A stretch of DNA of 18,898 bases from Candidatus Krumholzibacteriota bacterium (GTDB taxonomy: Bacteria; Krumholzibacteriota; Krumholzibacteriia; LZORAL124-64-63). Shown here piece after piece: positions 7,979-16,662 of the stretch. Position 1 is the stretch's first letter. Every line of letters starts with the position of its first letter. The position numbers and the translations under genes were made by a program. The DNA is taken from NCBI GenBank assembly GCA_039714075.1, contig JBDLKA010000068.1:1-18898 (forward strand), read 5' to 3'. The notes beneath the pieces are model-generated. The model ran no database searches, was not told the DNA's origin, and was given only the letters and a program-made list of their open reading frames with translations.

Positions 7979-8917
7979 ATGTCCGCCGTTCTCGAAGTCA
8001 AAGACCTGCGCAAGGAATTCGGCGACCTCACGGCCGTCGACGGCATCTCGTTCGACATCCAGGAGGGGGAGATTTTCGGCTTTCTCGGCCCCAACGGGGC
8101 GGGCAAGACGACCAGCATCTCCATGATCTGCGGCCTGCTCAAGCCCACCGCGGGCGAGGTCCACGTGGAGGGGGTCAGCATTCTGACCGATCCGCGGAAG
8201 GTGAAAAGGCGCCTCGGCGTGGTGCCGCAGGAAGTGGCGATCTACGAAGAGCTGTCCGCGCGCGAGAACCTGGCGTTCTGGGGCGGAATCTTCGGCATGC
8301 GCGGGGGCGAGTTGAACAGCCGCGTGGACGAGCTGCTCGAGCAGGTGGGACTGGAAGAGCGGGCCAAGGAGCCCACCAAGAACTTCTCCGGCGGCATGAA
8401 GCGCCGTCTCAACCTGGCGCTCGGGCTGGTGCACGATCCCAAACTGATTCTGCTGGACGAGCCCACCGTGGGCATCGATCCCCAGGCGAGGCGCAACATC
8501 CTTGAAGTGGTCAAGTCGATCGTGGCCGGCGGGCGCACCGTTTTGTACACCACCCATTACCTGGAAGAAGCGGAAGAGCTGTGCGATCGGCTGGCCATCA
8601 TCGACCACGGGCAGATCCTGTCCCAGGGCACGGTTGGAGAGCTCAAGACACAAATGGGCGAAGGCAGTCTTCTGACGGTCCAGGGTGATTTCCCGGCCAC
8701 GACCCTGAGCGAGGCGGTCACCGGAGTCGAGGGTCTGATGCCCATCGAGATCGACGACGACCGCGCCATGCTCCTGGTCACGCGGGACGGGCCGGGTGTC
8801 AGCCACAGCCTGGAAGGGCTGTTTTCCCGGGGACTCACCTTCGACGACATCACCATCAAGGAGCCCAACCTGGAAGACCTGTTCCTGAAGCTCACCGGCC
8901 GGGAGCTGCGCAATTGA
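7979..8917 (+). CDS. ABC-2 type exporter ATP-binding protein (LnrL/DrrA-like)
   Basis: Walker A GPNGAGKT, signature FSGGMKRR, Walker B LILLDEP, H-loop YTTHY, and C-terminus EPNLEDLFLKLTGRELR. Start moved to ATG 7979 (MSAVLEVKDLRKEFG). Confidence 0.93.
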   Translation: MSAVLEVKDLRKEFGDLTAVDGISFDIQEGEIFGFLGPNGAGKTTSISMICGLLKPTAGEVHVEGVSILTDPRKVKRRLGVVPQEVAIYEELSARENLAFWGGIFGMRGGELNSRVDELLEQVGLEERAKEPTKNFSGGMKRRLNLALGLVHDPKLILLDEPTVGIDPQARRNILEVVKSIVAGGRTVLYTTHYLEEAEELCDRLAIIDHGQILSQGTVGELKTQMGEGSLLTVQGDFPATTLSEAVTGVEGLMPIEIDDDRAMLLVTRDGPGVSHSLEGLFSRGLTFDDITIKEPNLEDLFLKLTGRELRN

Positions 8918-8954
8918 GCGCCCGGGCCGCCCGTAAGGCGGAAGGGGGCGCGGC

Positions 8955-10211
8955 ATGTGGGTGCTGATCCGCAAGGACCTGCTGCGGCGCTGGCGCAGTC
9001 CGCTGGCGACCATCGTGATGATCATCTTCCCGCTGTTCATGTCCCTGGCCGTCGGCAGCATCAGCGGCGGCGGGGGCAATGACGGCTCGGATTTCCCACG
9101 CATCAAGATCCTGCTGCAGAACAACGACGAGAACGGATTCCTGTCCAACGCCCTGATGGGTTCGGCCGGGCAGGATGAATCGCAGGAGTACCTCGAGGTA
9201 GTGGCGGTCGGCGACGAGGGCACCGAAATGATGGAAGAGGGCAAGGCCAGCGCCATGGTCGTTTTGCCCGAGGATTTCACCGCCAAGGTGTTCAACCGCG
9301 AACCGGTCCAGATCGCCGTGGTACGCAATCCCGCCGAGGGCATCAAGCCCGAGATCGTCGTCCAGGGAACGGGCGTGGTCGCGACCTACCTCGACCAGGG
9401 GGCGCGCCTGCTGGGCGAGGAGCTGGGCATCATCCAGGTGATGATGGAAGCGGAGAATCTGCCCGCCTCGGCCAAGGTCGGTGCGGTTTCGGCAGGGATC
9501 ATGACGAAAATCAACGGGGTGGAAAAGTACCTGTTCCCGCCCCTGGTGGAAGTCGGCGGCGTCAAGGAAGAGGACGCCGAGGGGGACTCCGGCCCGGCCA
9601 GCAACGTGTTCGGCTACATCCTGATCATGACCACGGTGATGGCCCTGCTGTTCGTGGCCACGCGCAGCATGGGCGACATCTTCGAGGAGCAGAACAGCGG
9701 CATGCTGAAACGGCAACTCGCCACGCCCCTGGGCATCGGCCTGGTGGTGGGCGCCAAGACGGTTTTCGCGGTTGTGTTCGGGGTGATCGTGATGACGATC
9801 CTCGGGACCATCGGGCTCACCCTCCAGTGGATCGTACCGCCGGTGGACCTGGTGGCTGTCGTGCTGCTGGGGGTGTCATTCAGCCTGGCGGCCTGCGGTT
9901 TCCTGGCCTTGGTCGTCAGTCTGGTGAAGACCGAGAAACAGGCGGGGATCATGGGCTGGCTGGTGATCATGGGGATGAGCGCGGTCGGCGGCAGCATGCT
10001 GCCGGTCGAGCAGATGCCGGCGCCGATGCAGGCCGTGTCAAGGTACACCATCAACTACTGGGCCATCGACGGCTTCACGGGGCTTGTCTTTTCCGGTGAA
10101 GGTCTGGCCGACATCGTGGGGAACATCGTCCGGCTGCTGGTCATGGGCGCGGTCACCATCACGGCGGCCCAGGTGCTCCTGGTCCGGCGTTTCCGGGAGG
10201 TGTCCCCATGA
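8955..10211 (+). CDS. ABC-2 type exporter permease (LnrM-like)
   Basis: N-terminal KDL...R + TM helix, large extracytoplasmic domain, EEQNSGMLKRQLATP motif, then 5 TMs and GGSMLPVEQMP. Confidence 0.9.
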   Translation: MWVLIRKDLLRRWRSPLATIVMIIFPLFMSLAVGSISGGGGNDGSDFPRIKILLQNNDENGFLSNALMGSAGQDESQEYLEVVAVGDEGTEMMEEGKASAMVVLPEDFTAKVFNREPVQIAVVRNPAEGIKPEIVVQGTGVVATYLDQGARLLGEELGIIQVMMEAENLPASAKVGAVSAGIMTKINGVEKYLFPPLVEVGGVKEEDAEGDSGPASNVFGYILIMTTVMALLFVATRSMGDIFEEQNSGMLKRQLATPLGIGLVVGAKTVFAVVFGVIVMTILGTIGLTLQWIVPPVDLVAVVLLGVSFSLAACGFLALVVSLVKTEKQAGIMGWLVIMGMSAVGGSMLPVEQMPAPMQAVSRYTINYWAIDGFTGLVFSGEGLADIVGNIVRLLVMGAVTITAAQVLLVRRFREVSP

Positions 10212-11386
10212 GGCGCATCCTGCATCTGGCGATGCACGACACGCGGTTGTTCCTGCTGGCCAGGGAAAACTTCTTCTTCATGTTGGTGATGCCGGTGATG
10301 TTCATGCTGTTTTTCAGTTCGGTCCTGGGAGGCGGCGGCGGACCAACGGACGTCCAGGTTTCACTGCAGGTCGTCAACGAAGACACGGGATTCATGGGGG
10401 ACATCTTCCTCGAGCAGCTCCGCGGCGAGGAGTTCGACGTCGAGCTGGTGACGGCCGCCGAAGCGGACACCACCTATTACATCCGGCGCCTGGTCATTCC
10501 CGCCGACTTCACCGGCAAGGTGCTGGCCGCCGAAAAGGTCCAGCTCGATTTCACCAAGCAGTCCAACAGCAGCATCGAATACGACGCGGCGGCCGATGTC
10601 CGTTTGCACCAGGCCCAGGTGGCGTTCCTGGGCGGACTGATCCGCTGGGAGCACCAGACCGGTGCCGCGGTCACCGCCGCGGACGAGGCCCGGCTGCGCA
10701 AACTGATCGCCGATCCGCCGCGGGTCACCGTGACCGAGAGTTTCGCGGGCACGGGGCGACCGGTCGCATCGGGTGCGGGCCAATCGATCGCCGGCATGCT
10801 GACCATGTTCATGATCATGACCGTCCTGATCGGCGGCACCCAGAGCCTGACCGCCGAAAAACTGCACGGCACCCTGGCGCGATTGGCGACGACACCCATG
10901 TCGCGCGGGGAGATCATCCAGGGCAAGCTGCTGCACCTGGGTATGGTGGGCTTCGTCCAGGCCATGGTCCTGATGATCGCCGGCGAGTTGATCGGCGTGG
11001 TCGGTCTGTTCGGCATCGAATTCACCTGGGGCCCCTACTGGTGGGTCGTGGCCCTGTTCATCATTCCCTTTTCGTTCGCGGTATCGGGACTGACGTTGCT
11101 GATCGGCGGCCTGTTCCGCACCACCCAGCAGGCGGAAGCGCTCGGTTGGCTGTTCGGGATGATTTTTTCCGCCCTGGGCGGCTGCTGGTGGCCGCTGGAA
11201 ATCATGCCGCGCACCGCGCAGATCATCGGGTGGTTCACGCCCACCTACTGGTCGATGACGGCGCTGCACGGAGTGGTGACGTTCGGCAAGGGGCTGGACG
11301 CCATCGTGGGGCCGGCGTTGATCGTGACGGCGTTCGGTCTGCTGTTCGCCTGGCTGGGCGCGCGGACGCTGCGGGTGGTCAACTGA
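10208..11386 (+). CDS. ABC-2 type exporter permease (LnrN-like)
   Basis: ATGA overlap with the previous gene. Motifs EKLHGTLARLATTP, LGGCWWPLEIMP and PTYW. Confidence 0.9.
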   Translation: MRRILHLAMHDTRLFLLARENFFFMLVMPVMFMLFFSSVLGGGGGPTDVQVSLQVVNEDTGFMGDIFLEQLRGEEFDVELVTAAEADTTYYIRRLVIPADFTGKVLAAEKVQLDFTKQSNSSIEYDAAADVRLHQAQVAFLGGLIRWEHQTGAAVTAADEARLRKLIADPPRVTVTESFAGTGRPVASGAGQSIAGMLTMFMIMTVLIGGTQSLTAEKLHGTLARLATTPMSRGEIIQGKLLHLGMVGFVQAMVLMIAGELIGVVGLFGIEFTWGPYWWVVALFIIPFSFAVSGLTLLIGGLFRTTQQAEALGWLFGMIFSALGGCWWPLEIMPRTAQIIGWFTPTYWSMTALHGVVTFGKGLDAIVGPALIVTAFGLLFAWLGARTLRVVN

Positions 11387-11424
11387 AGGTGTCGCTGACC
11401 GGGTTCTGCTTTTAATTATTTTAA

Positions 11425-11454
11425 CGAAAACCCGAGGTCAGCCTCGGGTTTTCG
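11425..11454 (+). terminator. Probable Rho-independent terminator after the ABC operon
   Basis: CGAAAACCCGAGG-TCAG-CCTCGGGTTTTCG, a perfect 13-bp stem with a 4-nt loop. Confidence 0.75.
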
Positions 11455-11543
11455 CATTAAGCATCAAGGGCGACCGGGCCGGGTAGTTCAGTCCACGGGA
11501 TTAAACACGGGCAAATCTTCCGGCGATGATTTAGATTCGACCC

Positions 11544-13655
11544 ATGAAATTTCGCGGCAAAAATGGCGATTTTCCGGTCCTGGCCACCGCGGGGCTTTTG
11601 GGCGCCCTTTTCTATTGGTTCCGCTTCGGCCTGGGTTTCCTGGATCCCCGCCGCATCGACTGGTTGCTGGGCATGGGCGACACCGCCTTCAGCCAGCTCG
11701 CCTGGACCTTCTTCCGTTACGATTCCTGGCACTGGCCCCCGGGCGTGGTCAAGACCTTCATGGCGCCGGCCGGCACCACCATCGGCGTCACGGACTCACT
11801 GCCCCTGTTGGCTTTTCCCTTCAAGGCGATCTCCTTCCTGCTGCCGGATCCCTTCCAGTACGCGGGGCTGTGGCTGCTGATCAACCACGTATTGATGGCC
11901 GTTTTCGCAGTCCTGGTAACGGGTCGGTTTTTTCGGCCCCTGCTGCCCCGGTTCCTGGCGGCCGGCGTCCTGGTTTTGTGTCCGGCCTGGCTCATCCGCG
12001 ACGGTCACTTCGCCTTGTCCGCGCACTGGGTTTATCTGGTCGCGCTGTGGTTGTACCTGAAGCCCGCGTTCGGTGAGAGCGGGGGCCGGCCCTACCTGGC
12101 CTGGTGGTTGCTGCTGGGGTTGGCCGCCTGGATCCATCCCTACCCGGCGACCTTCGTCTTCGGTTTTCTGGCGGCGGACCAGGGGCGGCGCTGGTTGGTC
12201 GCCCGGGAAATTTCGCCCCGCATGGCCCTGATCACCCTGGGCGGAGGCGTGGTCGTGCTGGTCGTAATGTGGTCCCTGGCGGGATTCCTGCGGATCGGGC
12301 ATCTGCCCATCGACAATCTCGAAGATGACCGGCTGTGGCAGGCAAGTTTTCACGCGCTGTGGGATTCCCAGGGTCGGACCGTTTTCCTGCCGGCCCTGCC
12401 GCTGGGGAATCGCGACCCCTTCGAGGGTTTCGTCTATCTAGGAGCGGGGGGGCTGCTGGGGGCATTGGCCGCCGTGGTTCTGGGCGGCGGCCGGCAGCTA
12501 TATGCGCGAATTGGCAGGAATTGGCCCTTAATGGCGGTTCTTGTCGTATGCGCCCTGTATGCTTTCAGCCCCCGCACCGATCTGGGCGATCAGTTGTACC
12601 GGGCCTCGGCCCGGTTCCTGTGGCCTCATTTCTACGTTTTTGTCGCGGCGGGTTTGGCGACGGTGGCCCGCCTGGACCGGGCTCGTTTGTCTCTGGCGCT
12701 GATTGCGGCAATATTCGTGGTGCAGGCCGCCGACCTGGCTCCGCTTTTCGACCGGAGACCCGAATACGATGCCCACGAGTTCGTCTCCCGGTTGCAGGAT
12801 CCCCAGTGGGAGCGGGCTTTGGCCTCGGCCGACCTGCTGCTGACATCGCCTTCGACCACCGCCACCACGGTGTTCAAGAAGGATTTCATCGACCTGACCA
12901 TTCTGGCCCATCAGGCGGGCGTGCCGACCACCGCGGGGTTTGCCTCGCGCAGCTACGTGGAAGGCATGACGGCCGCCAGCGATCTGACGCGGGAGTTCCT
13001 GTTCGGCGGCAACCCCGACCCCCGGACCGTAGGCGTGCTGCGACGATCCCATTTCGCCGAGATGTTCCCCGATTTCGCGGCGAACCTGCGCTGCACCGAC
13101 CTGGACGGTTTTCCTGTGTGCTTCGCCCGCGAGGGCGGCTTCCGTCCGGAACTTGAGTTTCGGGTGGCGGCGATCGGTCTGGCGGAATTCCTGGCCGCGA
13201 ACCTGGACCGGACCCTGATCCTGGCCGGCAAGGATGACGCGCGCAGCGCCTTGACGAACGCCGCGGTGCAATTGCTCGCCGCCCAGGGATCCCGCATTGC
13301 CCAGCTCCCGACCGGAGCCTCCTATGCCTGTATCATGGTTCAGGGGAAACCGGTATTCGAGCAGATGAACCCGCAAAGCGCGATCGAGGTGACGGGGCCG
13401 GCGAACTCCGGCCTCGGGCCGTTGAAAATAAAAAAAGAACTGAATATTACTTCCAGCGGTACGGCCCCCGGCGCCTATGTCTCACTCCTGGTCGACGGTC
13501 GGGAAGTAATGTTCAATGTCGACGGCTTGAACGTGGCCGTGCTCGACGACGAACAGAATGTGCTGGCCGTCGGAACCTTCGCCCATCCGGATGCCCTTCC
13601 CGACCTGGCCGCGACGACCGGCGGCCTTGTGTTCACCCTGGTGCCCGCGCAGTAG
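11544..13655 (+). CDS. DUF6311-like polytopic membrane protein (probable GT-C-fold glycosyltransferase-like) with a C-terminal ILEI-like domain
   Basis: N-terminus IDWL..GD....LAW.FFR.D.W.WP.G......P.GT.I..TDSLPLLAFPFK....LP..FQY.G.W, then GHFALSAHW, IHPY, FEGFVYLG.G and RASARFLWP. These match my recollection of DUF6311. Many TM segments and a soluble C-terminal third. Confidence 0.75.
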   Translation: MKFRGKNGDFPVLATAGLLGALFYWFRFGLGFLDPRRIDWLLGMGDTAFSQLAWTFFRYDSWHWPPGVVKTFMAPAGTTIGVTDSLPLLAFPFKAISFLLPDPFQYAGLWLLINHVLMAVFAVLVTGRFFRPLLPRFLAAGVLVLCPAWLIRDGHFALSAHWVYLVALWLYLKPAFGESGGRPYLAWWLLLGLAAWIHPYPATFVFGFLAADQGRRWLVAREISPRMALITLGGGVVVLVVMWSLAGFLRIGHLPIDNLEDDRLWQASFHALWDSQGRTVFLPALPLGNRDPFEGFVYLGAGGLLGALAAVVLGGGRQLYARIGRNWPLMAVLVVCALYAFSPRTDLGDQLYRASARFLWPHFYVFVAAGLATVARLDRARLSLALIAAIFVVQAADLAPLFDRRPEYDAHEFVSRLQDPQWERALASADLLLTSPSTTATTVFKKDFIDLTILAHQAGVPTTAGFASRSYVEGMTAASDLTREFLFGGNPDPRTVGVLRRSHFAEMFPDFAANLRCTDLDGFPVCFAREGGFRPELEFRVAAIGLAEFLAANLDRTLILAGKDDARSALTNAAVQLLAAQGSRIAQLPTGASYACIMVQGKPVFEQMNPQSAIEVTGPANSGLGPLKIKKELNITSSGTAPGAYVSLLVDGREVMFNVDGLNVAVLDDEQNVLAVGTFAHPDALPDLAATTGGLVFTLVPAQ

Positions 13656-13656
13656 A

Positions 13657-14094
13657 CTATTCCTCGGGATATTCCATGAACCTGCCGGCCGCGGTGACCA
13701 GAACTTCGCCGTCCTGGCTCAGTTCCGCGCCCAGGATGTGCAGGGAGCCGCGGGATTTTTCCCACCAGCCCCGGACCGTGACCGGTTGGCCCGTCAAGAC
13801 CGGCTTCCGGTAACGGACTTCGAGCCGGGCCGTGAGCCCCGGAGTGCCGCGGGCCATCAGGCAGTTGGTCATGGCGCCGTCCAGAAGGGCGGAGGCTATT
13901 CCGCCATGCAGGTAGTCGGGGTAGCCCATGAATTCCCCGCTGCAGGGGAACTCCCCTTGGACGCTGCCTGTCCCATCGGCCTCGAATCTGATCGCCAGGC
14001 CGCCCGCATGGGTCGGGGAGCACACCCAGCAGTCAGGATGTCGTCGCGCGCGGGTGGCGGCGTATCTCCCGGGATCATCAGTGGTCGCAGGCAT
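13657..14094 (-). CDS. PaaI-family (hotdog-fold) thioesterase
   Basis: HPDCWVC..T...GL, GYPDYLHGGIASALLDGAM, TARLEVRYRKPV. Overlaps the upstream NifX-like gene by 17 nt. Confidence 0.88.
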   Translation of the reverse strand: MPATTDDPGRYAATRARRHPDCWVCSPTHAGGLAIRFEADGTGSVQGEFPCSGEFMGYPDYLHGGIASALLDGAMTNCLMARGTPGLTARLEVRYRKPVLTGQPVTVRGWWEKSRGSLHILGAELSQDGEVLVTAAGRFMEYPEE

Positions 14095-14416
14095 TGGTTC
14101 CCTTTCGGATCTCCCCGGCGAAATAGTTTTGAATCAGGACTTCGGGCTCGCGGGATGGCACCCCCACGATCACGCCGATGCCGTGTTCGACCAAAATTTG
14201 AATGGCCCGGGTGCCCATGCCGCCGGCCAGCACCAGGTCGACCCCCTGTTCCGCCAACCACGCGGGCAGCACTCCGGGTTCGTGCGCCGGCCCGTCGACG
14301 GTCTCGCTATTGAGGATTATTTTTTGTTCCCGGTCAACGTCGATCAGGGAGAAATTCCGGCAGTGGCCGAAATGAGGGTCGAGTTTTCCATCAGTAACGG
14401 GTATCGCGATACGCAT
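14078..14416 (-). CDS. NifB/NifX-family (FeMo-cofactor-binding-like) small protein
   Basis: MRIAIP...PHFGHC..F...HEPG..P.WL...GVD.VLAGGMG.RA...GI.V, ending in NACDH. Confidence 0.88.
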   Translation of the reverse strand: MRIAIPVTDGKLDPHFGHCRNFSLIDVDREQKIILNSETVDGPAHEPGVLPAWLAEQGVDLVLAGGMGTRAIQILVEHGIGVIVGVPSREPEVLIQNYFAGEIRKGTNACDH

Positions 14417-14420
14417 GTTT

Positions 14421-15338
14421 TCATCCTTCGGGGAGTTTCAGGAGGGGAGAGTCTGCCAAATGGCATTCGATTCGGTGCCAAATGGCAGTCATCACATGAG
14501 CCGCTTCGCTCTGCGGCGCGAATTCGATCAGACTGCGGCCGGCGGTCTGGGCGTCGTTTACCAGGGGTTCGAAGGGAATCCTTCCGATCACCGGCAGGTT
14601 TTTTTCGCGGCAGTATTCCTCGATACGCCGGGTCAGCCGCGGGCTCAGGTCGTACTTGTTGATGCACACCATGGCCGGCACCCGGAAGTGGTCGGCCAGA
14701 TCGACGATGCGCCGCAGGTCGTGAAGCCCGGACAAGCTGGGTTCCGTAACCAGCAGCGTGAGGTCGGCCCCGGTCAGGGCCGCGGTCACGGGGCAGCCGA
14801 TGCCCGGCGGTCCATCCACCAGGATCAAATCCAGGTCCGACCGTTCGGCCAGGCTCCGCGCCTGCTCGCGGACCATGCTGACAAGCTTGCCGGAATTTTC
14901 GGCGCCCACATCCAGCGCCGCATGCACCAGCGGCCCGTACAGGGTGTGTGAGACGTACCATTCCCCGCAGCGACGGCTGGGAAAATCGATGGCCTCGGTG
15001 GGGCAGAACCGGACACAGACTCCGCAGCCATCACACAGGAGGGGATCCACTTCATAGGTCAGGCCACCCGCCGGATCGCCGATCGTGTCGATGGCCGAGA
15101 ACCGGCACAGGGCATGGCATTTTCCGCATGCGGCGCAATCATCCTGCCGGATTTGGGCCGTGTGCCCGGCGATGAACGGGGTGCTTGTTTCAATGGCCGG
15201 GTTCAACACCAGATGCAGGTTGGCGGCGTCGACGTCGCAGTCGACCAGCACGAAGTCCTCGGCCAGGGAAGCCAGGCCCGCCACGACGCTGGTCTTGCCG
15301 GTGCCGCCCTTGCCGCTGCACACCACCAGTTCGGTCAT
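14421..15338 (-). CDS. MinD-superfamily P-loop ATPase with inserted 2x[4Fe-4S] ferredoxin domain (COG1149-like), copy 2
   Basis: Deviant Walker A SGKGGTGKT, DCDVDAANLHL, CAACGKCHALC, CDGCGVCVRFCP, NSGKLV, DGPPGIGCPV, VTEPS.SG.HDL and INK.D. Confidence 0.9.
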   Translation of the reverse strand: MTELVVCSGKGGTGKTSVVAGLASLAEDFVLVDCDVDAANLHLVLNPAIETSTPFIAGHTAQIRQDDCAACGKCHALCRFSAIDTIGDPAGGLTYEVDPLLCDGCGVCVRFCPTEAIDFPSRRCGEWYVSHTLYGPLVHAALDVGAENSGKLVSMVREQARSLAERSDLDLILVDGPPGIGCPVTAALTGADLTLLVTEPSLSGLHDLRRIVDLADHFRVPAMVCINKYDLSPRLTRRIEEYCREKNLPVIGRIPFEPLVNDAQTAGRSLIEFAPQSEAAHVMTAIWHRIECHLADSPLLKLPEG

Positions 15339-16186
15339 GCCGTCACCTCCCGGGATTGCAGGGCTCGGAACAGGTCGTTCAGGGCGGCGGCCACATCGGG
15401 ATCGGCTTCCATGGCCAAACCTCCCTCGGCGCAGACTTCGGCCACTTCACGCCTGAAAGGAATCCTGGCCAGGATCTCGACATTTTCCCGGGCGCAGAAA
15501 TCATCAACGGGGCTTTGGAGGGAGCCTGCCCGGTTGATGACAACGCCGCAGGGGATGCCGAGTTTCCCGGCCAGGTCCCGGGCGAGGGCGAGATCGTGCC
15601 GGCCGAAGGGTGTGGGTTCGGTGACCAGCACCACGTAATCGGCGCCGCGCATGGTTTCGACCACGGGGCAGGTGGTGCCCGGAGGCGCGTCCATGATCAC
15701 CCAGGGTTCGTCGCCGGGAACGCCTTTGACAGCCTCGATCAACGGCGGCACCAGGGTTTCACCGACACGCAGCCGGCCCTGGGTGAAGGCAACATCGCCG
15801 GCCGTTCCAGTGGATACCTCACCCAGGGACCGCTCGCTCGGAGTCATGGCCTCGTGGGGGCAGACCAGCCAGCAGCCGCCGCAGCTGTGGCACAGGTCGG
15901 CGAAGATCATGGTTTTTTCCGGCAGGCAGGCGATGGCGTTGAATTCGCACAGGGCCGCGCATTCACCGCAGTGTTTGCAGGCTTCAGGATCGACCACCGG
16001 CACGGGAACCGTCACCGGCCAGGAGCGGTCGAAATCGGGGTCGAGAAAGAGATGGGCGTTGGGCTCTTCGACATCACAGTCGCAGAGATGGACGGTCTGT
16101 CCCGCCCGCGCGGCGGTCAGCGAAAGGTTGACCGCCACGGTCGTCTTGCCCGTTCCGCCCTTGCCGCTGGCTACGGCGATACGCAT
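15335..16186 (-). CDS. MinD-superfamily P-loop ATPase with inserted 2x[4Fe-4S] ferredoxin domain (COG1149-like), copy 1
   Basis: SGKGGTGKTT, DCDVEEPN.HLF, CKHCGECAALC, CHSCGGCWLVCP, DAPPGTTCPV and VTEPTPFG.HDL. ATGA overlap with the next gene. Confidence 0.9.
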   Translation of the reverse strand: MRIAVASGKGGTGKTTVAVNLSLTAARAGQTVHLCDCDVEEPNAHLFLDPDFDRSWPVTVPVPVVDPEACKHCGECAALCEFNAIACLPEKTMIFADLCHSCGGCWLVCPHEAMTPSERSLGEVSTGTAGDVAFTQGRLRVGETLVPPLIEAVKGVPGDEPWVIMDAPPGTTCPVVETMRGADYVVLVTEPTPFGRHDLALARDLAGKLGIPCGVVINRAGSLQSPVDDFCARENVEILARIPFRREVAEVCAEGGLAMEADPDVAAALNDLFRALQSREVTA

Positions 16187-16202
16187 GTCGACTTCCTGCC
16201 TT

Positions 16203-16562
16203 TCAGTGGCGGGCGATCCCGTCGGGAGCGGCCAGGGGTTCGAGGATCCCGTTCTTCCAGGCCTTCACCGCGTCGAGAACCGTTCCCTCGAACCCGGAGT
16301 AGATGGTAACGCCGGCCTCTTCCAGCACCTGGAACGCCTTGGGTCCGCAGTGTCCGGTGAGCAGGGCCTCGGCGCCGAGACCGACCACCTTCTGGGCGGC
16401 CTGGACCCCGGCGCCCTGGGCCGCGGCCACCTGTTCGGAATTGTCCGCCGAGATGAATGATTCGGAGGCGGAATCATAAAGGAGGAGATACCGGGCCCGC
16501 CCGAAGCGCGGATCCACCCGGTCCGATGGTTTCGGCCCTTCCGAGGAGATGATCAATTTCAT
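16203..16562 (-). CDS. NifB/NifX-family small protein
   Basis: Start ATG 16562 after AGGAG. MKLIISS...VDPRFGRA.Y.L......N......GAGVQAAQ.V...GAEALLTGHCGPKAF.VL..AGV.IY. Confidence 0.88.
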   Translation of the reverse strand: MKLIISSEGPKPSDRVDPRFGRARYLLLYDSASESFISADNSEQVAAAQGAGVQAAQKVVGLGAEALLTGHCGPKAFQVLEEAGVTIYSGFEGTVLDAVKAWKNGILEPLAAPDGIARH

Positions 16563-16600
16563 GGCTGTCTCCTGTTTCACGAGATCGGAAAAATCAGAAT

Positions 16601-16634
16601 TTGACGTTTGTCTGTTTTGAGTATATGCTCATAA
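16601..16634 (+). promoter_or_regulatory. Sigma70-like promoter overlapped by a 20-bp operator-like palindrome
   Basis: TTGACG (16601-16606), N17, TATGCT (16624-16629). Imperfect palindrome TTTTGAGTATATGCTCATAA (16615-16634). RBS AGGAGG at 16651-16656. Confidence 0.65.
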
Positions 16635-16662
16635 TAACAGAAAATCAACCAGGAGGATTTCC

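Noticed and set aside
6359..9346. Long antisense ORFs 6359..7741 (+) and 7811..9346 (-)
   Set aside because: These are shadow frames of well-supported GC-rich genes, with no motifs of their own.
13653..13659. Convergent stops 1 bp apart with no terminator, a possible antisense regulation
   Set aside because: This is common in compact genomes and there is no further supporting signal.
14078..16562. Nitrogen-fixation (nif) cluster or cell-division minD
   Set aside because: There are no nifH/D/K/E/N or radical-SAM NifB domains, and no minC/minE. The ATPases carry ferredoxin inserts, unlike NifH or MinD.
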